Source of the DNA: an uncultured Clostridium sp.
GTDB taxonomy: Bacteria > Bacillota > Clostridia > TANB77 > CAG-508
Reading direction: 5' to 3'
Length of the DNA stretch: 28,684 nt
Assembly (NCBI GenBank): GCA_947568605.1
Contig: CANOPV010000001.1
Span: 1 to 28,684 of the forward strand
Made by a program: the position numbers and the translations under genes. Every line of letters begins with the position of its first letter. Position 1 is the first letter of the stretch. The notes beneath the pieces are model-generated. The model worked only from the letters and a program-made list of their open reading frames with translations, had not been told where the DNA came from and made no database searches. Of the stretch, positions 1-6,152 are shown in pieces.

Positions 1-82
1 TGGACCTACTGGGCCAGCTGGTGCTCCTAGTACTATTGCTGGGCCTACTGGACCAGCAGGAGCTACTGCTCCGATGACATAA
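1..82 (+). pseudogene. 5' part of an interrupted host collagen-like (Gly-X-Y) protein gene; truncated by the element, ending ...GPAGAT-A-P-M-T-stop
   Basis: Frame from base 2 reads GPTGPAGAPSTIAGPTGPAGAT then APMT and TAA at 80-82. GC-rich collagen codons switch abruptly to AT-rich DNA after ~70. The gene starts upstream of the window. Confidence 0.85.
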
Positions 83-98
83 ACCACAAAAGAATAAT
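57..98. other. attL junction: host arm, TGC/GC core (67-69), element arm ccgatgacataaaccacaaaagaataat (71-98)
   Basis: 71-98 is a 22/28 inverted match to 28513-28540, with the first 10 bp perfect. TGC is present at both 67-69 and 28541-28543. Confidence 0.85.
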
Positions 99-194
99 GA
101 TAATAAAATCAACAGAATTTACTGATAACTAGAAGTATAGATTTAATTCTATTCTTTTTTATTTCAATAAAAAACTATCAATTTATGATAGTCC

Positions 195-1316
195 CTAATT
201 TAAACCAACTGAAAAATCAATATAATTAGTTTTCAAATCTATATATCCTGTTGCTATTCCTTTTCTTTTTGTGCCATATTCATTCTTCACAGTTACTTCA
301 ATTCTAAAATAATAATTTCCATTGCCTTGATATTTTTCATCTATTTTTCCTGTAATCCAATGAAATTTTATGCCATAAGGATATTGAGCTTTTCCAGCTT
401 TTTCAAATAATTGCATTGCTTGTTCCTTATATTTTGTACTAGAGTATTTATCTTTTGTTATATCATCATCACTACTTGTATTATCATCTTTATTAACATT
501 ATTATCATCATTGCTATTATTGTTATCTTCTTTATCAATATCATTATCATTGCCATTGTTGTTATTATCTTTATCAACATTATTATTGTCATTGTTTTTA
601 TTGTCTTCTATATTATTATTGTCATCATCGTCATTATTATTTTTTGGAACGTGAAGACTAATTTCAATATTGTTATTTCCTAGATACAATATTGACAACT
701 CATATTTTTCACTATTATATGCTTTATATATTTTAGTATCTTTAATTGAATCAATATTAAATCCAATTTCTTCACATTTTTCAATATATTTACTTAATTC
801 TTCGAGAGATGTATTGCCAATATGAGCTATAAATGTTTCATCGTTATTCCAAGAAATTTTACCAAATGTAGAGTTTGGAACAGGAAGTTTAGATCCTAGT
901 CCAGATGTAGGCCATTCAATTTTACTCATTTCTTCTGGTGCATCTAAATGTATATAAAAGTCTTTATCACTGAAAACTAATCTAACTTTATATCCTTCTT
1001 CGTTAAAAGCAGAATATGTAGTTGGAGTTTCGTCACTTTCAATAGTATATTTTAAATTTATACATTTTTCTTTATAATCTTTATATTCATCTTCACTAAT
1101 ATTTTTGAGAGTTACTGATAGGGCTGTTTTTAAATCTGTTCCTATTTCGCCATAAGTACTTTTTGGCTCTGGTAAATATTTACTTAATTGTAATTCAGAC
1201 CATACTATATTTTGATATTTCTTTTTATTATCACTTTTTTTACTACACATTGTTATGCCTAAAATAACAATGACTAGTAGTAGTAATCCTAATAAAATCA
1301 TTTTTTTCTTTTTCAT
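195..1316 (-). CDS. Membrane-anchored surface protein: N-terminal TM/signal, two tandem ~90-aa domains (DUF6591-like), Asn/Asp-rich linker, C-terminal globular domain
   Basis: MKKKK plus hydrophobic stretch. Two repeats share W..(L)LP.P.ST.G.I ... Y..KC ... Y.A.N.E.Y...L. Canonical SD aaaggag and extended -10 upstream. The DUF name is from memory and unverified. Confidence 0.75.
   Translation of the reverse strand: MKKKKMILLGLLLLVIVILGITMCSKKSDNKKKYQNIVWSELQLSKYLPEPKSTYGEIGTDLKTALSVTLKNISEDEYKDYKEKCINLKYTIESDETPTTYSAFNEEGYKVRLVFSDKDFYIHLDAPEEMSKIEWPTSGLGSKLPVPNSTFGKISWNNDETFIAHIGNTSLEELSKYIEKCEEIGFNIDSIKDTKIYKAYNSEKYELSILYLGNNNIEISLHVPKNNNDDDDNNNIEDNKNNDNNNVDKDNNNNGNDNDIDKEDNNNSNDDNNVNKDDNTSSDDDITKDKYSSTKYKEQAMQLFEKAGKAQYPYGIKFHWITGKIDEKYQGNGNYYFRIEVTVKNEYGTKRKGIATGYIDLKTNYIDFSVGLN
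470..645 (-). repeat. Low-complexity tta/tca/ttg trinucleotide tract encoding an N/D-rich linker with imperfect (V/I)DKD/EDNNN repeats
   Basis: Translation NNNDDDDNNNIEDNKNNDNNNVDKDNNNNGNDNDIDKEDNNNSNDDNNVNKDDN. Confidence 0.8.
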
Positions 1317-1356
1317 ATAAACAAACTCCTTTTTACAAGTAAAAAATTACATTATA

Positions 1357-1365
1357 ATTATAACA
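1357..1365 (-). promoter_or_regulatory. Extended -10 promoter (TGTTATAAT) for the 195..1316 gene
   Basis: Plus-strand attataaca is TGTTATAAT on the minus strand, ~40 nt upstream of the start. SD aaaggag lies at 1326-1332. Confidence 0.55.
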
Positions 1366-1380
1366 CTTTTTAGGTTAAAT

Positions 1381-1406
1381 TAAAACACTCATTATTGAGT
1401 GTTTTA
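1381..1406 (-). terminator. Perfect 11-bp hairpin downstream of the 1463..2002 gene
   Basis: taaaacactca-ttat-tgagtgtttta. Confidence 0.6.
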
Positions 1407-1462
1407 GAAAGTAGGTATTTTTGTACTGCTAATTTACTACTTATACTACTATTACTACTATT

Positions 1463-2002
1463 TTAGTTTACTGCATAATAATTATAGATAGTCGCTAATT
1501 TTAAAATGATCCATAAAATAGCTTTTTCTATATCTTCATCTGGAACAACACTACTGATTCCATAATCAACTATGTACTGTATTGTAACGGGTAACATTAG
1601 TGTTCTTCCTTTTTGATTAAACATTTTAGAAATAAGATCAAAGACAACGTGTTCAGCTTCTTCTTGTGCTTCACAACAAGTATATTCCCAATTATTACTT
1701 CTTTCCAAAATTTTATTTTCTGAATAATCATAATCAAAAAAATCTAGTATATCATCAATATCACGATTGTGTTCTTTATCAAGATATTTTTTACAATCCA
1801 AATCTTTTATTTTTTCTAAATAATCATTGATTAACATTTCATAAGTTATTGTTTTTTCTTCTTTTGACAATTTATCAATTTCTTTAAATAAATCAAATAA
1901 ATCATAGTGATATTCGATTGCTCTTATTTTTTTGATCCTTTCTTCAAAATTTTTTGAAATATTATCTGCATACTCTTGTAGATTGTTTTTTTGTACTTTC
2001 AT
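1463..2002 (-). CDS. Hypothetical acidic protein (179 aa), divergent from the XRE genes
   Basis: Long ORF with SD aaaaggag upstream. No motif recognised. Confidence 0.65.
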   Translation of the reverse strand: MKVQKNNLQEYADNISKNFEERIKKIRAIEYHYDLFDLFKEIDKLSKEEKTITYEMLINDYLEKIKDLDCKKYLDKEHNRDIDDILDFFDYDYSENKILERSNNWEYTCCEAQEEAEHVVFDLISKMFNQKGRTLMLPVTIQYIVDYGISSVVPDEDIEKAILWIILKLATIYNYYAVN

Positions 2003-2169
2003 ACTTTTAGCTCCTTTTCATCTTCTATATTTTTTTGCCTACCTTCTAGCACTTTTTCGTCATATTTTTCACATTATTTCTAATACTATTATAAGTACCT
2101 TACTACATAGTTGGTATGGTTGAAAGGTAATAAACTTATTACAATATTAGTAAGTTATGAAGAAAGGGT

Positions 2170-2439
2170 GTGATGATAATCAAGAGTAAATACAAAGATC
2201 GTGCTCGTAAGATTCTTGCTAACAATATCGTATATTTTAGAATTAAGAAGAACTGGTCCCAAGAAGATTTTGCAGAAGGACTTGGAACTACCACTACTTA
2301 TGTATCTAATTTAGAAAATGCTAGAAGAAATGTTAGGATTGACTACATAGGTCATATTGCTGATACTCTTGGGATTCCTTTAGAACAATTATCTATCGAA
2401 AGAGATCCCGTAGAAAATCATCGTATACCACGACGATAA
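2170..2439 (+). CDS. XRE/Cro-C1 family HTH transcriptional regulator
   Basis: LANNIVYFRIKKNWSQEDFAEGLGTTTTYVSNLENARRNVRIDYIGHIADTLG is a classic XRE pattern. Confidence 0.9.
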   Translation: MMIIKSKYKDRARKILANNIVYFRIKKNWSQEDFAEGLGTTTTYVSNLENARRNVRIDYIGHIADTLGIPLEQLSIERDPVENHRIPRR

Positions 2440-2462
2440 GAATATTAAATTATTCTTTTTTT
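2438..2462 (+). terminator. AT-rich hairpin plus T-tract after the first XRE gene
   Basis: aagaata-ttaaat-tattctt followed by ttttt. Confidence 0.45.
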
Positions 2463-2573
2463 GTGCCGATTTCATTATAACACATCTTTTCTAATTTTTA
2501 TCGCTAATTTGCGTGAATATGTGGCTAATTTACATTTTGATAAATGAGATAATTATTTAGAAAGGTGGGAATA

Positions 2574-2882
2574 ATGACTATGCGAAGATTTGAAGAACTA
2601 CAAGGTCTAGTATCCACAGTAGATAAAAACACAATTTATGATACGATTTGTAAGAACATCAAAAAGTTTCGTGTGGAAAAATACAACGAGTTTAAGAGTC
2701 AAAATTCAAACAGTACAATTAACCCATATTCAAGTGAAAATATTGCAGCTTTACTAGATTATAACCACAATCACTATAAACGATTTGAAAGTGAAACAGA
2801 TAGTACTAAACAAATGCCACTTGATAAGATAATCAAACTATCTATTATATTAGAAAAAAATATTGATGACTTTATTAAATAG
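2574..2882 (+). CDS. Second XRE-like HTH regulator with an insertion between helix 1 and the HTH (likely start ATG 2574)
   Basis: ICKNIKKFR ... SSENIAALLDYNHNHYKRFES ... MPLDKIIKLSIILEKNIDDF. SD aaaggtgg lies before ATG 2574. Confidence 0.75.
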   Translation: MTMRRFEELQGLVSTVDKNTIYDTICKNIKKFRVEKYNEFKSQNSNSTINPYSSENIAALLDYNHNHYKRFESETDSTKQMPLDKIIKLSIILEKNIDDFIK

Positions 2883-2900
2883 TTGTAAGTACACAGATGT

Positions 2901-2926
2901 AAAAGAGTAAAATCTCTTTTTATTTT
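2901..2926 (+). terminator. Intrinsic terminator after the XRE pair
   Basis: aaaagag-taaaat-ctctttt then tatttt. Confidence 0.6.
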
Positions 2927-3086
2927 ATGCTAATTTTAGTCATTTATGTTTATATTAAAATTACATATTGCTTTCAATAATGCTTTATCCACCAAAGTAT
3001 CTTTTTATGAAAACCTAGTGTTTACAAGTGTTTACGATGATTTCATCAGACATTTTAGGCGTGTTTTCTACAACATTTATTCCTAA

Positions 3087-3114
3087 TTGACTATAAACAA
3101 TGGCGTGATATAAT
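3087..3114 (+). promoter_or_regulatory. Strong sigma-A-type promoter, candidate main transfer-operon promoter
   Basis: TTGACT (3087-3092), 16-bp spacer including TG at 3106-3107, TATAAT (3109-3114). Confidence 0.7.
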
Positions 3115-3277
3115 ATAGTAAAATACGAAATAAATGTACTCAATGGACACCATTTACAGGTGTTTTTTTCGTATTTTGTAATAATTTTAAGTGTTTCTAG
3201 TTTGAAATGCTTGATTTTTGGTAGTTTTTGGTATATTATAAACAGCAATTAAAGAAATTTGTTGTTTATAAGAAGTT

Positions 3278-3344
3278 AAGGAAGTAGTATGTATCCTGAT
3301 TTTAAGGTTGCTTACAACCTTAACGGCATCTACTTCCTTTTTTT
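3278..3344 (+). terminator. Long leader hairpin with T7 tail (attenuator-like)
   Basis: Outer stem aaggaagtag (3278-3287)/ctacttcctt (3330-3339), inner stem ttaaggttg/caaccttaa (3302-3323), then T7. Confidence 0.65.
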
Positions 3345-3358
3345 AGGGGGGGTAAGGT

Positions 3359-3559
3359 ATGAATCTATGTCTTAACTTAACAATGCAAATTATATTTACT
3401 AAAACAAAACAACTATTAGATGTCACACCCCTAAAATCAGCAAATCAACGTAGAAATACTTTTATTATTATAAAAAGAGCAATCAAACAAGGACCGCTTA
3501 TGTCCTTATATATGGTTGTTCTTTTTTCATTGAGTACTGGATCGGGGGCAAATTTATGA
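3359..3559 (+). CDS. Possible small protein (66 aa), coupled by ATGA overlap to the next gene; may instead be non-coding leader
   Basis: G-rich SD upstream and stop/start overlap at 3556-3559. No motif recognised. Confidence 0.3.
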   Translation: MNLCLNLTMQIIFTKTKQLLDVTPLKSANQRRNTFIIIKRAIKQGPLMSLYMVVLFSLSTGSGANL

Positions 3560-4011
3560 ACAATACCTTATTAGGAAAGGACGAGCTATCTTTATACGAT
3601 TATATCAAGTTAAGAAACATTATTTTAGATGTCTTTAAATTGTTGAAGTATCTAAAAAGAACTGATGACAAAATTGCTATTCCAAAGATTACTTGTGATT
3701 ATAGGGTTAGATATGAACAATTTATTCCTGTAAGAACTTCTATGGTAGAAAATTATGTTCTAAAAAATATGATGTTGGAAACAAGACTTGAAAATAAAAG
3801 AAGACAATTACTTTCAAAAATTACTTTAGCACTTCGTAAGTTAAATGATTTAGAATTACAAGTTTTTGATTTGACTTTCTATAAGTGCAAAGAAGAAGAT
3901 GAGATATTGTCTATTATGAATTATGGTAAAGATAAAGTCAGAGAAATTAGAAAAAGTGGTTGTATTAAGTTTGTAAGTGCTCTTGGTCTTGACGATAGAT
4001 GTTTTAAATAG
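3556..4011 (+). CDS. ArpU/RinA-like (sigma70 region-4-like C-terminal HTH) transcriptional activator
   Basis: RTSMVE motif, then KITLALRKLNDLELQVFDLTFY...EDEILSIMNYGKDKVREIRKSGCIKFVSALG, the pattern of ArpU-family regulators. Confidence 0.7.
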   Translation: MNNTLLGKDELSLYDYIKLRNIILDVFKLLKYLKRTDDKIAIPKITCDYRVRYEQFIPVRTSMVENYVLKNMMLETRLENKRRQLLSKITLALRKLNDLELQVFDLTFYKCKEEDEILSIMNYGKDKVREIRKSGCIKFVSALGLDDRCFK

Positions 4012-4085
4012 ACATCTATTTTTTTATGTGAAAGTTTGGGGGTGTTAAGAAAAAACTAAAATATTGCACTAAAAGAATATGGGGG

Positions 4086-4589
4086 TTGGTTTTTATAAAT
4101 AGATTAGAAGAACTTATAAAACTATTTGAAGAATGTTCAAGATCTGAAATTGGAACTGCATTACTAGCATTTGAAGAACACATATGTAAAGGTTTAGATG
4201 TTGGTAAAGAAGAATTAAAAAATTTACAAGAAATATTTGATTATTACGATGAATATTATAGCGATCATTATCCTAGTTTAGCAAATGAAGCATTGCAATC
4301 ATCAGAAAACTTAATATTAGAAAAATTTGGTTATTATACAAAAGACGGATATTTAATTAAGTTTAATATTGGTGCTTCTACCGATGAAGATTATACTTCT
4401 ATTGCTGTAAATGTAATTAACAAACAAACAGGTAATATAGAAAATGATTTTGAATGTATCTATAATAATGAAAAATTAGGATATGAACAAGACAATTATT
4501 TTGATTTGGTTTATAAAAGTTGTAAAGAAACCAGAAAACAATTAGATGAAAAATCTATTGAAGAAATTTTAAAAACGTATAAATTATAA
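4086..4589 (+). CDS. Hypothetical acidic protein (true start possibly ATA 4095)
   Basis: Long ORF. The TTG at 4086 directly abuts the GGGGG SD, while in-frame ATA 4095 is at normal spacing. Confidence 0.7.
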   Translation: MVFINRLEELIKLFEECSRSEIGTALLAFEEHICKGLDVGKEELKNLQEIFDYYDEYYSDHYPSLANEALQSSENLILEKFGYYTKDGYLIKFNIGASTDEDYTSIAVNVINKQTGNIENDFECIYNNEKLGYEQDNYFDLVYKSCKETRKQLDEKSIEEILKTYKL

Positions 4590-4600
4590 GGGGGTTATAA

Positions 4601-4840
4601 ATGGAATCAATACTTAATGATATTTTGCGTTTGATCAATGACGCAACAAACTACCTAAAAATGTTCGTGGCTGGAGCTACGGGCTTTTTTGTTTTAAAAG
4701 ATTGTATCTTTTATATGGTGGCTTCTGAAGATCATCAGAAAGCTGCTTCACTTCGTAAAATCAAAACAACACTTATTGCTGGTGTTTCGGTATTTCTTGT
4801 AGTTCAATTTGTAAACTGGATCTTAACTTACTTTAAGTGA
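4601..4840 (+). CDS. VirB2/TrbC-like pilin, two TM helices
   Basis: 79 aa with two hydrophobic helices separated by a short charged linker (EDHQKAASLRKIKTTL). Located in the transfer operon. Confidence 0.65.
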   Translation: MESILNDILRLINDATNYLKMFVAGATGFFVLKDCIFYMVASEDHQKAASLRKIKTTLIAGVSVFLVVQFVNWILTYFK

Positions 4841-4844
4841 TAAT

Positions 4845-5108
4845 ATGAGTCAAGAAAAATTAGTAAAAGAAATTATAAAAACGTGTAAATATTTTAGAAT
4901 TATGGAATTTGAAATTGAAAACTATTTTGTAGAAAAAAAGATTATTGACGGTTTAGAAGATATTATCTTTGTTGAAAATCTACTAAATATTTTCTACAAA
5001 AAGAAAAATCAAAAATACTATAAGAATCGTCTTAATCAACAAAGATTAAAAAATCTTCTTATAGAATTGGAAAAAATAAGATTAAATTTAGAATTTAAGG
5101 GGGTATAA
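4845..5108 (+). CDS. Hypothetical basic protein (87 aa)
   Basis: ORF tightly packed between pilin and ssb. Confidence 0.65.
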   Translation: MSQEKLVKEIIKTCKYFRIMEFEIENYFVEKKIIDGLEDIIFVENLLNIFYKKKNQKYYKNRLNQQRLKNLLIELEKIRLNLEFKGV

Positions 5109-5109
5109 A

Positions 5110-5448
5110 ATGTTTAATACAATGGCGTTAGTAGGAAGACTTTGTGCAGATCCTACTCTAAAAGAATTAGAAGACAATAAAAAAGTATGCAATATTACTT
5201 TAGCTGTTCCACGTCCATTTAAAAATGCAAATGGCGAATATGAAACAGACTTTTTCCCTATTAGTATATGGAATGGTATTGCTGAAAATACTGCAGAATA
5301 TTGTAAAAAAGGCGATATTTTAGGTATAAAAGGAAGATTACAAGGTAAGGATAATAAAATTTCTATAATTGCCGAAAGAATATCTTTTTTATCATCATCT
5401 AAATCAATAAAAGATGATATAGATCAAGAAAAAAATGTAAAAATGTAA
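5110..5448 (+). CDS. ssb: Single-stranded DNA-binding protein lacking the acidic DDLPF tip
   Basis: MFN...LVGRLCADP..., ITLAVPRPFKNANGEYETDFFPISIWN..AE..AEYCKKGD.LGI.GRLQ. Confidence 0.93.
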   Translation: MFNTMALVGRLCADPTLKELEDNKKVCNITLAVPRPFKNANGEYETDFFPISIWNGIAENTAEYCKKGDILGIKGRLQGKDNKISIIAERISFLSSSKSIKDDIDQEKNVKM

Positions 5449-5461
5449 TTTTTTTCAATTT

Positions 5462-5495
5462 AGGGGCTGTATTTTTTTTGAAAGCGCGTTATTAT
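5462..5495 (+). promoter_or_regulatory. Element-specific bipartite promoter motif, copy 1 (aggggctg-N14-gcgcgttattat)
   Basis: Same architecture and spacing as the copies at 25739 and 26329. Confidence 0.65.
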
Positions 5496-5522
5496 TCATT
5501 TAAAGAAAGGACGTGCTTATGT

Positions 5523-6107
5523 ATGTTAAAGAAAATATTTAAAATTAGTGGTATTATTTTATTAGTCGGTTTTATTAGTGTGTTTGTGAAAGGATATATT
5601 TATCAAGAAGCAAAAACTAATCAAAAAGACAATCTCATAGTTGATTCATCATAAAATGAAAAACAAGAGTTAATAGATGAAGACATAATTACTTCTCTAT
5701 TAGATAATAAGGAAGATCAAGAAGTATTAGAAACAAAACAAGAAGAAATTGCTCCAGAAGTAAAACAAGAAGTTGTTATTCAAAAAGAAAATACTTCTCA
5801 ACCAAAACAGGAAGTACAAACTTCTACTACACCAGAAGTTGTTGTTCCACAACCTAAACAACCTACAGAATGGGAAAAATTAGGTATTAGTGAATATGAT
5901 TATTACAATAGTCCAGAGATTTCTTGGAAAACAGTAGATTTTGATGTAAATAAATTAGGAAGTATGGAAGAAACAAAAAATGCTTGTTATAATGCAGGTG
6001 CAAATTATACAGGGTTAGAAAATTATCGTTTTAGATGTGATGAAACTTATAGTTACTCTGGTAAATTTTTAGGTTATCACATTCAATATATAGAATTAGA
6101 ATCATAA
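5523..6107 (+). pseudogene. Membrane-anchored/secreted protein (194 codons) broken by one in-frame TAA at 5652-5654
   Basis: MLKKIFKISGIILLVGFISVFVKG...IVDSS*NEKQELIDED...PKQPTEWEKLGISEYDYYNSP...YHIQYIELES*. SD gaaagga upstream. The frame is otherwise uninterrupted. Missing from the ORF track. Confidence 0.8.
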
Positions 6108-6128
6108 GGCCGTAAAGGTCTTTTTTTT
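6106..6128 (+). terminator. Intrinsic terminator upstream of the adhesin gene
   Basis: aaggcc-gtaaa-ggtctt followed by T8. Confidence 0.7.
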
Positions 6129-6152
6129 ATGAATTTATAAGGGGGAATTTTA

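Noticed and set aside
67-68. Junction 67/28539 giving a perfect GAT-GAT-GAT collagen
   Set aside because: Only one base is shared and the resulting attP has an odd 3-bp centre, which does not fit a 2-bp serine-recombinase overlap. It cannot be fully excluded without the empty site.
72-73. CG (72-73 / 28538-28539) as the crossover core
   Set aside because: It is shared at both ends, but rejoining there frameshifts the collagen gene (stop within ~20 codons) and gives a shorter attP palindrome than the GC-centred model.
411-683. 90-aa hydrophobic ORF on the plus strand
   Set aside because: Antisense shadow of the N/D microsatellite in 195..1316.
3015-3248. 77-aa minus-strand ORF
   Set aside because: It runs antisense across the promoter region, with no SD or motif, and is probably chance. 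The same applies to 1932..2123.
5652-5654. Stop-codon reassignment explaining the internal TAA
   Set aside because: TAA terminates most other genes in the window normally.
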